Assembly: GCA_963770565.1 (NCBI GenBank)
Contig: CAVYQE010000001.1
Location: 384,001 to 448,000, forward strand
From: an uncultured Actinomycetota bacterium
Lineage (GTDB): Bacteria; Actinomycetota; Actinomycetes; JAFAQI01
DNA: 64,000 bases
Direction: 5' to 3'
Numbering within the stretch: position 1 is the stretch's first letter; every line of letters starts with the position of its first letter. Positions 21,960 through 30,350 of this stretch are shown here, one piece after another. A program made the position numbers and the translations under genes. The notes below the pieces were generated by a model that was given only the letters and a program-made list of their open reading frames with translations, was not told where the DNA came from and made no database searches.

Positions 21960-22310
21960 CCGCGAACCTGCCAGCGGTGCGCACCAGAAACGTCACCACG
22001 TCAGACCGCACCGGGGCAGCACCACGCCAGGCGAGGTGCGCACAAAATCTCAAAAACGTCACCACGTGCGGCGGTCGGCAGCGGGGCTCAGCGGCCGCCA
22101 GCCACCGGCGGCAGGTGAGGACACGCGGGGCCGACGCACGATCGAGCGGGTTCATGCGCCGCAGGATCAGCGGGGTGTACCCCGAAACGTACTGGTCGGC
22201 GTACCGGTGAACGTACCCCCAGCAGGAAAGCTCGGCGAGGGGCGCCGCGAGATGACTTCATGCCGCTTACGGTGCGCGGCAGGTGTCCCCCCGAACGTCC
22301 CCACCCGTCA
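21960..22310. promoter_or_regulatory. Candidate oriT/regulatory region upstream of the relaxase
   Basis: Direct repeat AAACGTCACCACGT (21988-22001, 22054-22067), near-palindrome CGGGGTGTACCCCG (22171-84), recurrent AACGT(A/C)C; position typical of oriT. Confidence 0.4.
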
Positions 22311-22454
22311 GACCTGACAAGTTATGAGCGTGAGAACGAGTCCGGCCGGAGGCACGCAGACACCGTCCGGCGGTTCCGTCGCGGCGTACCCCTACTCGTC
22401 ACTGACAAGTGTGGGGACGCACCACTCCGTCCTACCCGCTCGTACGCTAGGCAA

Positions 22455-22841
22455 ATGAGCGCCACCCGGACCCGCCGCTGCGCCCACTGCGGGGGGGAGT
22501 TCACCTCCGCGCGCAAGCCCGGACCCGCACCGAAATACTGCAGCCACGCCCACCGCCAACAGGCCTACCAGATCCGCCGCGGCACCACCGGCCGCACCGG
22601 ACAAGACGAGCTGACCGAAGAAGTACAACGACTGCAGGCCCGGATCCGGCGACTCGAACACGACAACACCCGCCTCCGCGAGGAACTCACCGAAACCAGC
22701 CGCGAGATGGGCCGGCTCTACCGCGAGCTACACCCCACCCCACCCGCGCTCGCCGCCCTCACCGGCCAACCCGAACCGATCCACTCGCCCGCGCACACCG
22801 TCACCCGTAAACTCCGCTGGGGCCGTGGCACCGACACCTGA
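22455..22841 (+). CDS. Small Zn-finger + coiled-coil protein of the mobile element
   Basis: CAHCGGEF..GPAPKYCSHAHRQQAY followed by heptad-rich helix. Confidence 0.7.
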   Translation: MSATRTRRCAHCGGEFTSARKPGPAPKYCSHAHRQQAYQIRRGTTGRTGQDELTEEVQRLQARIRRLEHDNTRLREELTETSREMGRLYRELHPTPPALAALTGQPEPIHSPAHTVTRKLRWGRGTDT

Positions 22842-22920
22842 CCTGCACTGCGGCCAGGCAGCTATCCACAACTTGGACCCGACGATCCGCGACCGCTCCG
22901 AGCCGGTGGATCGTGGCCGG

Positions 22921-23115
22921 GTGGACAACGACGCCGCCCGTGACTACCCGTGGCTCGCCGAACATGACGACCGGTTCACCCTCGCGCTCGTCCTCGATGT
23001 CTGCGAGGTGCTGGCCCGCCACGGCTACCCGGCACCGACCGGAGCCACGCTCGTCGACCTCGCAGCTGGTCTGCACCACGCCCTGCACGGGTACCGGCCG
23101 CCACCCCTCCACTGA
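22921..23115 (+). CDS. Small hypothetical protein
   Basis: GTG start; DRFTLALVLDVCEVLARHGYP..LVDLAAGLHHALHG, high GC3 codon use. Confidence 0.5.
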   Translation: MDNDAARDYPWLAEHDDRFTLALVLDVCEVLARHGYPAPTGATLVDLAAGLHHALHGYRPPPLH

Positions 23116-23120
23116 ACCCG

Positions 23121-23415
23121 CCGACCACCGACCACCGACCACCGACCACCGACCACCGACCACCACCACCGACCACCGACCACCGACCACCGACCACCGA
23201 CCACCGACCACCGACCACCGACCACCGACCACCGACCACCGACCACCGACCACCGACCACCGACCACCGACCACCGACCACCGACCACCGACCACCGACC
23301 ACGACCACCGACCACCGACCACCGACCACCGACCACCGACCACCGACCACCGACCACCGACCACCGACCACCGACCACCGACCACCGACCACCGACCACC
23401 GACCACCGACCACCA
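23121..23415. repeat. Heptamer microsatellite (CCGACCA)n, ~41 units, two interruptions
   Basis: Directly visible. Confidence 0.97.
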
Positions 23416-23585
23416 CACCCCCAAATCCCCGGCACACCTCTTGCATCAATCTGCCGACAGCAGGATCAGGCCGCGGCCCACGTGTTCGGGGGACCGCAGT
23501 CGCTAGTCAACGGCCCGCGGAATGGCAGTCGAGTGACGGCTTGAGGGCGGGTCCGACCGCGCGCCTTAACGGAGGCGTCAGAGAC

Positions 23586-24416
23586 ATGGCGTTGAATCCG
23601 ACCATGGGGACGGCGTGGAAGGTCAAACTTGAGCGGGCGGATGAGTTGATCGACGACCTCGCCGACGAGATAGCCGCATACCTACGCAACGACTCCATTG
23701 ACGTAGTCGCGACACCGAGCGCGACGCTTCGGTCGGCATGGGACCTGCGGCTCCAGCTCGGCGTTAGCCCGCCGACGCGATGGAGCGCGGTTATCGGCGA
23801 CGTGCTGCACAACGAACGTTCCGCCCTGGACGCGTACGCCTATGACGTAATCACGAGCAGCGCAACCACATTCACCGAAAAGCAACTTCGACGACTTGCG
23901 TTCCCGCTCTCTGCGGACCAGGACGCTTTTGACAGCTACGGGTGGTGCGCCGGCCTCAAACCACCGGACGAGATCAGGGACGCGTTCCGCTACGCGCAGC
24001 CTTGGTACCCGCTCAGTGAGGCGGGACTCGATGGCTTCGACAACCCGGCCGGCTTCGTCGAAGCAACCGGGTTGCGTCGCTTGTCACGGCTCAACAACGA
24101 CGACAAACACAAGATGATCCACGTCACGGTGTGTAACCCGAGCATGATGTGGAGCGCTCTACCCGAGGGGGCGGCGGTGACCAGTTGGACTCACGATGCC
24201 ACCTGGCCTTGGGTCGACGGAGCGACGATTGCGACGGTCACCGTTGACGGTTTGGTCGGCGACGCCACGCCTTCGTTCGGCCACACATTCGACGTGGCGC
24301 TGGTCGCCGATGCCGCGCCGCTGCAAGCGCACTCGCTGATCAGCCGGTTGCGTGAGTTTCGGGCCGCCGCCGCTGAGGCGATCACGCATGTCCAGTGGGT
24401 TCTTGGCAACAACTGA
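23586..24416 (+). CDS. Hypothetical island protein with possible HEPN-like motif
   Basis: KLERADELI, WSAVIGDVLHNERSALD, LAFP, LSRLNNDDKHK; RBS GGAGG. Confidence 0.65.
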   Translation: MALNPTMGTAWKVKLERADELIDDLADEIAAYLRNDSIDVVATPSATLRSAWDLRLQLGVSPPTRWSAVIGDVLHNERSALDAYAYDVITSSATTFTEKQLRRLAFPLSADQDAFDSYGWCAGLKPPDEIRDAFRYAQPWYPLSEAGLDGFDNPAGFVEATGLRRLSRLNNDDKHKMIHVTVCNPSMMWSALPEGAAVTSWTHDATWPWVDGATIATVTVDGLVGDATPSFGHTFDVALVADAAPLQAHSLISRLREFRAAAAEAITHVQWVLGNN

Positions 24417-24516
24417 CGTATCGCCGGTCAAGCGAGACCTGCCGGACCACGCAGCGAGCGAGGCGTGCCATCGAGGCCATGGCAAATCGGTGACCGTCCA
24501 CTGGCCAGTTCGTTAC

Positions 24517-25833
24517 CTAGCCGGGCGGCAGGATCCATGGCGCCGTCCTCAGCGTTTGGGCGGGTTCCCAGCGGAGGCGGTGCGGTACCTGAGGTAGTGG
24601 CGCACTCACGAACGACCCTCGAGCGCGCCGATCTCTCTCATCGTCGCAGGGCCTCGACTGGCTCCAGCCGAGCACCTTGAGGGCGGGGTAAAGGCCAGCG
24701 ATCAGTCCGGTGGCCATTCCGGCTAGCGGTGCGAGTGCGATCACGGTGATATCGAGGGCAGGGATCCAGTGTCGGAGGGTGCTGACGACGACGATGGCGA
24801 TGACACCGATGGCGCAGCCGATGACGCCACCGAGGATGCCGAGCAGCCCGCTTTCGATCAGGAACTGTCCGGCAATGTGTCGGCGTTGCGCGCCGAGGGA
24901 GCGCCGGAGTCCGATTTCATCGGTGCGTTCCAGGACGGAGACGAGGGTGGTGTTGCCGATCCCGACCATCCCGATGAGTAGCGAGATTCCGGCGAGGATG
25001 AGGAACAGGTCGTTGAGGTCGGCGTTGACGGCGTTACGGATAAGGGTCGCGTTCGGGGGTGCGGTGGCCAGCACACGCTCGGGGTCGTTCGGATGAAGCA
25101 CAGCAGGTATCTCGGAGGCGACGGTTCCGGCCGCGCCGGGGAGGGTGGCAACGATGGCTTGTGCCCCGTCCGGTGTGTAGCCCCAGGTCCGAACCGCGGT
25201 GCTCTGCGGGATCATGACGGAGAGCAGAGCGTCTGGTCGGCGCTGATCGTTGCGAAGAATGCCGACGACGAGGAACGGCTGACCGCCGATGAATACGGCG
25301 GGTTGTTCGGACAGTGAGGGAAGACCGAGCGAGGTGGCAACAGACGATCCGAGGACCGCCACCTGCTCGTGGTGGGCTTCCTCGAATGCGGTGATCGGGC
25401 CGCCCGCTGAGAAGCTGGATTGCAGCACGCTGAATGCATCTGGTGTCGCCGCGTCGACGGTCGCCGTGTTTGGGGCGATGATCTGCTGTTCGTATGCGGC
25501 ATTTCCGGTGGTGATGTGTGCGTCGCCAATCTGGACTTGCCAGAAGGCGCCGGCTGCCGTGACGCCGCGGAGCCTGCCGAGGGTGCGCTCGAACCCGTCG
25601 GGGAACGCGGGGTTGGTGGCGGCGAGGGCGGGTTTGGCGTCTTGCAACGTCACTGATGTGGCGAGTAGCGCATTGAACTTTTCGTTGACTTCGTCGTGTG
25701 CGGTGGCGGTGAACCCGAGGACGGCGACGAGGGCGGCGGTGCCCAGGACGGTGCCTAGCGCAGTCAGCGCCGAGCGGGCAGGGCGCCAGCTGATACCGGA
25801 GGTCGCTTCGGCGAGCAGATCACGGAGCTTCAT
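24517..25833 (-). CDS. MacB/FtsX-family ABC transporter permease (true stop probably ~24,640; C-terminal frameshift)
   Basis: RSALTALGTVLG, LLIGMVGIGNTTLVSVLERTDEIGLRRSLGA, QFLIES, AGLYPA. Confidence 0.9.
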   Translation of the reverse strand: MKLRDLLAEATSGISWRPARSALTALGTVLGTAALVAVLGFTATAHDEVNEKFNALLATSVTLQDAKPALAATNPAFPDGFERTLGRLRGVTAAGAFWQVQIGDAHITTGNAAYEQQIIAPNTATVDAATPDAFSVLQSSFSAGGPITAFEEAHHEQVAVLGSSVATSLGLPSLSEQPAVFIGGQPFLVVGILRNDQRRPDALLSVMIPQSTAVRTWGYTPDGAQAIVATLPGAAGTVASEIPAVLHPNDPERVLATAPPNATLIRNAVNADLNDLFLILAGISLLIGMVGIGNTTLVSVLERTDEIGLRRSLGAQRRHIAGQFLIESGLLGILGGVIGCAIGVIAIVVVSTLRHWIPALDITVIALAPLAGMATGLIAGLYPALKVLGWSQSRPCDDERDRRARGSFVSAPLPQVPHRLRWEPAQTLRTAPWILPPG

Positions 25834-26525
25834 CCGCTGAGCATCCGTCCGTCCTGCATCCGAATCAGGCGGCTCGCGTGGCGGGCGACGTCAGGGTCGT
25901 GGGTAGCGATGATGATGGTGGTGCCGGCCCGATTGAGCTGGTCGAGCAGGTTCATGACACCCGCTGAGTTGGTCGAGTCAAGGTTGCCAGTCGGTTCGTC
26001 GCAGATGACTAGTGCGGGTTCAACTGCGAGCGCCCGGGCGATCGCCACCCGTTGCCGTTCACCGCCCGAGAGTTGGGTCGGTACGGCGTGGGCGCGATGG
26101 TCGAGCCCGACTGAGGCCAACGCGTCCATGGCACGGTCTTTACGGTCGCGGTGGGATGTGCCGCTGTAGAGCAGCGACATCTCGACGTTCTCGATCGCCG
26201 AGCGGTAGGGAATGAGATGAAAGGCCTGGAAGACGAAACCGATCCGTCGTCCTCGTAGCTGGGTTCGGGCGGCGTCACCGATTGTGGTGGCGTCACGATC
26301 CTCGAACCAAACCCGTCCAGAGGTGGGTGGGTCGAGCAGACCGATCAGGTTGAGCAGGGTGGACTTTCCTGACCCGGACGCGCCCATCAACGCCAGGAAC
26401 TCACCCGACGGGACGCGGAGGGTAAGTGGTTGGACCGCGACGAGCGGCGGCGGACCCGGGTATGCCTTCATCACGCCGTCGAGGTGCACGACTGGCGCGG
26501 TCGTTGTCATAGAGGCGAGGCTCAT
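25830..26525 (-). CDS. ABC transporter ATP-binding protein (LolD/MacB type)
   Basis: GASGSGKST, IGFVFQAFHL, LSGGERQRVAIARAL, CDEPTGNLD, THD. Confidence 0.95.
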   Translation of the reverse strand: MSLASMTTTAPVVHLDGVMKAYPGPPPLVAVQPLTLRVPSGEFLALMGASGSGKSTLLNLIGLLDPPTSGRVWFEDRDATTIGDAARTQLRGRRIGFVFQAFHLIPYRSAIENVEMSLLYSGTSHRDRKDRAMDALASVGLDHRAHAVPTQLSGGERQRVAIARALAVEPALVICDEPTGNLDSTNSAGVMNLLDQLNRAGTTIIIATHDPDVARHASRLIRMQDGRMLSG

Positions 26526-27664
26526 CGGGCGATGAGAACGTTCACGCCGGCCGCCAGTGCCCCGCTAGGGGACGGATGAACCTCGACGTAGCCATCCCCG
26601 GACACGCCGACCGTCACCGGTACTGCGGTCGGTGTCTGCTGGTCGACGGACTCGACGTAGACCTCGGCGGTGCCAGCGGCGGTAGTCGAGATCGCGGACG
26701 CGGGCACAGCGAGCACCGGCCCGGGAGTACGGGCGAGGATGACAGTGACAACCACAGGGTCAGCCCACAACGACTCGCGCAGCGGACGGGTCGGGGTAAT
26801 CGTGATGGCGCCGCTACCCGTGATCGATTTGATCTTTCCGGTGCCGTGGCCTGATGCGCCGGTGACGCTCCATCGAACCCGGTCACCTACCTTCAGTGAG
26901 CCGCCGGGTTGATCGAGTCTTGCCGCGATGACGTGCGGACCGTCAGAAACCACGATCTTCGACGCAGCGGGGGATGCGCCGAGCTTGATCCGGTTGGTGA
27001 TGACCCGCGCGGGAAGCGTAGGGGTGAATACGATCGCTGTGCGCGGAAGGTAGACCTGTGGTTTCGGGTGGGGCTTCTTGTCGCTCGGGGCTGACGCGTC
27101 CGGGTTCAGCCCGGTCGGTGCGGTGTAGCCCCGGTCAAGGAACAACGACGCCACAGCGTCACTCGTCGCGGCGTCGAACGTTCCTGTCGTAACGCTCAAC
27201 AGGCCGAGTCGTTGCAGCGATTGCTGTAACTGCAGGACATCGCCGCCCGAGTCACCGACATACAGCGTCCGGTACGCGGGCACCGAGCCTTCGAGCAGGA
27301 AGACCGGCTGCCCTGATACTTCGGTAAGGACGTCGCCCTCGGTCAGTGTCTGTCCAAGGTGCGTCAAGACCTTTGAGATCACCGCGATCCCGCCGTTCGC
27401 CACGTCCACGTCATCGGGGATGCTCAGTGTGGTTTGGTCGCTTGGCTTCACGCGGCCTGACGCGGTGTCGCTATCCTCGACCACTCTCATCCGCACGGGC
27501 GCCGTCAGTTGCATGCGGATACTCGCTGCGCTCTGAAGTCGCGGCGGATGCTGGGTGTCCCGCCCGACCCAGAACGCGACCGCGGCCAGCCCGACCGCGA
27601 CGACCACGAACCCGATCAGGGTTCGCCGACCTTTCCGAACCGGCGAGGCTGACGCTTGGCTCAC
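26522..27664 (-). CDS. Peptidoglycan-binding-domain membrane-fusion/adaptor protein
   Basis: N-terminal TM; GSVPAYRTLYVGDSGGDVLQLQQSLQRLG..GTFDAATSDAV; VLAVPASAI; VPVTVGVSGDGYVEV. Confidence 0.8.
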   Translation of the reverse strand: MSQASASPVRKGRRTLIGFVVVAVGLAAVAFWVGRDTQHPPRLQSAASIRMQLTAPVRMRVVEDSDTASGRVKPSDQTTLSIPDDVDVANGGIAVISKVLTHLGQTLTEGDVLTEVSGQPVFLLEGSVPAYRTLYVGDSGGDVLQLQQSLQRLGLLSVTTGTFDAATSDAVASLFLDRGYTAPTGLNPDASAPSDKKPHPKPQVYLPRTAIVFTPTLPARVITNRIKLGASPAASKIVVSDGPHVIAARLDQPGGSLKVGDRVRWSVTGASGHGTGKIKSITGSGAITITPTRPLRESLWADPVVVTVILARTPGPVLAVPASAISTTAAGTAEVYVESVDQQTPTAVPVTVGVSGDGYVEVHPSPSGALAAGVNVLIAR

Positions 27665-28710
27665 GAGTTTCCCGCGAGCAGCGCTTTCGCGCGTGCCACC
27701 GCCTGGGTCTCGAACTGCTCAAGGGTCAAGATCTCGCCTTGCACGGTGGCCGACATCCGGTGCAGGTACTTGTCCTGCACTTGCGCGGTGATCGCTCGGA
27801 GCCTGGACGTCGCGTCGCACTTCGCGTCCGCGTCCGCGATCCTGATCTCCTGCTGGTGGATCGACGGCTGCGGGCCGTGGGCGGCGTATTCCTGTTGCAG
27901 CTTCCCGATCGCCTGACCTGGCGATGTGTAGGAGAACCCCGCTTGTCTCATGCAGACTTGCCACTGTTGGCCCGCGACCACGTAGGCGTGATTTCCCTGC
28001 ACCTGCTGAGAAATCTGGTTGTGCAGGATCTGTGGCTCCATCTGGAGCTCCGCTTGTTCGGAGAGGCTGCCGTAAATCTGCTTCTCCGCCGCCCCGAGGC
28101 ACCCGCCCGTAGCGAACCCGATTTGGGCGACGCCGGGCAACGTGACCGAACCGTGGTCTGAGGGAGAACCCTCAAAAGCGCGCGAGTACGCCTTCTGTTG
28201 CGCGGCTGGTAAGGACAGGACGTAGCGGTCCTGCTCATCTGAGGGCGGCCCGCCGAACACGCCCGCCGATGCGCTGGCCGGCAACTGAACGGAGGTTCCA
28301 AGCGCGTTGTTAGTGGCATTCGTTTCTGCTTGAGCGAATAGCCCGTACCCGTCGGCCGGATGGGGAGAGATCTGATCAGCCGTTGCCGTGTCGGTCGCTG
28401 GAAGTGGACCGAAGTCGGGCTCGTAATAGCGGAAGCCATGCGACGCCATGCAGCGCCGGACGAGTTCGGATTGAACGCGTCCCAGGTACCACTGGTCTTG
28501 CTCGGCTTGGACGGTCCCGCCGAGGATGCTTTCTGACAGCAGTGCAGCAGACGCATCCGAGCTCACTCCCCGCGAATTCGTCACCGACGGATGCGGGGAG
28601 GCACCGGATTGGTTGGTATGTGACGAGTTGTTGCTCCCTCCGCAGGCACTAAGCAGCACAAGCAAGGCAATTGGCACTGCTCGCACAATCCTGGTCATGG
28701 CGCGACGCAT
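27661..28710 (-). CDS. Lipoprotein, hypothetical
   Basis: Lipobox LLSAC; VRRCMASHGFRY, GGCLGAAE, WQVCMRQAGFSY, ADADAKC. Confidence 0.75.
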   Translation of the reverse strand: MRRAMTRIVRAVPIALLVLLSACGGSNNSSHTNQSGASPHPSVTNSRGVSSDASAALLSESILGGTVQAEQDQWYLGRVQSELVRRCMASHGFRYYEPDFGPLPATDTATADQISPHPADGYGLFAQAETNATNNALGTSVQLPASASAGVFGGPPSDEQDRYVLSLPAAQQKAYSRAFEGSPSDHGSVTLPGVAQIGFATGGCLGAAEKQIYGSLSEQAELQMEPQILHNQISQQVQGNHAYVVAGQQWQVCMRQAGFSYTSPGQAIGKLQQEYAAHGPQPSIHQQEIRIADADAKCDATSRLRAITAQVQDKYLHRMSATVQGEILTLEQFETQAVARAKALLAGNS

Positions 28711-29309
28711 CCGAGGAAGCCCCCGCGCGAGGCAGTCCAAGTACCCGCGGAGTCCGGTTCGACGACCAGCGACACGGCCGCGCGTGCTGGCTGGCTCGGG
28801 CCCGCAGAGAAAGTCTCCTCGATCCATTCCGATCCGGCCGGCGGCCTCGCGCCGCTCAGCAGGAACCGTCCAGTACCCCCGATCGTCTCATCGGCGTGCG
28901 TGCCGCCACCCGCACCGGTGTTCACCAGGATCGGGATCCACTTCGCTCTGTCGCTCGGCAGTCTGAGTCCAGTTGTCGCGGAGGCGCTGTGATCAATGCT
29001 CACGTTGGGCAACTGGCCAGAGGAGCAACCGAACACCCGAAGTCCGTTACCCACAGGTGTGGCCGACGCGCTCGGCCTCACTCCCCCCAGCTGGGCAACT
29101 GAGCCACTTGATGTTTGGTTGCCCAATGTGAAGGAACCGACCGCGACAGCGATCGCCGCGACCGCCGCGGCGATCCCCACAGCGGTGTACTGGCGCCGAG
29201 CCATCCGTCGGCTGCGAGCGTAGACACCGCTGAGCAAATCAGTTGGCGGTCGAGCCGCAGCTGCCTGTTCCGTCAAGCACTCGCGGAGCAGGGTTTCAAC
29301 GTTGCTCAT
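28695..29309 (-). CDS. Putative anti-sigma membrane protein
   Basis: Directly downstream of and overlapping the ECF sigma gene; ETLLRECL..RSRRMARR + single TM helix. Confidence 0.65.
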   Translation of the reverse strand: MSNVETLLRECLTEQAAAARPPTDLLSGVYARSRRMARRQYTAVGIAAAVAAIAVAVGSFTLGNQTSSGSVAQLGGVRPSASATPVGNGLRVFGCSSGQLPNVSIDHSASATTGLRLPSDRAKWIPILVNTGAGGGTHADETIGGTGRFLLSGARPPAGSEWIEETFSAGPSQPARAAVSLVVEPDSAGTWTASRGGFLGCVAP

Positions 29310-29850
29310 GGCATCCTCCAGTAACGAGATCTGACGCTGTGGCTTCGGCCGCGGCTTCGACTGCCGAACGCAATCGAGCCAGCGCCTTGGATATGTGCGC
29401 CCGCACCGTGCCGGGCGAGCAGGACAACAGAAGCCCGATCTCGCTGTCGTCGAGGTCTTCGTAGAACCGCAAGACAAGAACCGCGCGCTGCCGCGGCGGC
29501 AACGTTCCGAGTAGAGACCACATCTCGGCGCGTGCTTCCGTCGTCGCAGAGTGCGGGGCGACCGGCCGTTCAGGGATCTCCGCGGTCGGCTGCTCCATCC
29601 ACGACCGGCGACGACGCCACGAAAGCAGCTGGTTGAGCATGATCTTGCGGACGTAGGCGTCAGGGCTGTCATACCGACCGCCTTGCGCCCAGTGCCGGTG
29701 CAGCCGAGCCAGACCCTCTTGCGCGAGATCCTCGGCCAGCTGATGATCCCGCACCATCAGGAACGCCAATCGGACCAGAGCGGGGCCACGCGCCCTCGCG
29801 AAATCATCGAAGCCGGAGCCGGCCAGCTCGATGCTTTTCCCGCCGCTCAT
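29296..29850 (-). CDS. ECF (SigE-family) RNA polymerase sigma factor
   Basis: LVRLAFLM..AEDLAQE, PDAYVRK, LPPRQRAVLVLRFYEDL..EIG.LL.CSPGTVRAHISKALARLR. Confidence 0.92.
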   Translation of the reverse strand: MSGGKSIELAGSGFDDFARARGPALVRLAFLMVRDHQLAEDLAQEGLARLHRHWAQGGRYDSPDAYVRKIMLNQLLSWRRRRSWMEQPTAEIPERPVAPHSATTEARAEMWSLLGTLPPRQRAVLVLRFYEDLDDSEIGLLLSCSPGTVRAHISKALARLRSAVEAAAEATASDLVTGGCHEQR

Positions 29851-30077
29851 ACCTCTAGTGACGCACTGACCGGCCGATTTGTAGCCTCCGCGATCCGTCC
29901 TGATCGTCGGTCCGCACTCGGCCCCGCTCTGCTGCGCACTTCTAGACGCTGGTACCCCCGTGGCTCGTTGCTTGCCCGTCCGGAGGGCTCGCAGGGAGCC
30001 GCGGCCGCCAATGGCTGCGTCGCGCCTCCGACCGGGCCGGAAAAGCACCAGCCGACGCAGGCCCGAGCGGGTCGCTT

Positions 30078-30123
30078 GTCAGCTTTTCAAACTGACAGTG
30101 CGGGTTCGATTCCCGTCACCCGC
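30078..30123 (+). other. Degenerate tRNA-Gly-like 3' half (att scar); not a full tRNA
   Basis: GTCAGCTTTTCAAACTGACAGTGCGGGTTCGATTCCCGTCACCCGC: anticodon stem, T-arm GGTTCGATTCC and acceptor 3' strand; no D-arm upstream. Confidence 0.65.
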
Positions 30124-30290
30124 GCGTCTGTCACCCGCACGACGCTCCGCCGCAGGCTCAGAAGGCTGCCCACGGCCCCCGGTCGTTCGCAGGTACCCGC
30201 TCCGAACTCGCGTGCCCGGCTGCGTGCCCGATCATGCGTACGACACGAGAGGCGCAATGGCGACGACCGCCACCGCACGCGGTTCGGGAC

Positions 30291-30344
30291 TTGACAGCCA
30301 CACCTCCGCAGCCGATAGTAGGAGTTATTAGGACCTAATAGGAG
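30291..30344 (+). promoter_or_regulatory. Sigma70-type promoter with downstream palindromic operator and RBS
   Basis: TTGACA (30291) -17 nt- GATAGT (30314); TATTAGG-A-CCTAATA (30326-30340); AGGAG before ATG 30351. Confidence 0.6.
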
Positions 30345-30350
30345 TCAGCC

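Noticed and set aside
22801-23506. Repeat proteins (WSVVGGR)n / (PPTTDHR)n
   Set aside because: These are translations of a stop-free heptamer microsatellite that is open in several frames, with no evidence of coding.
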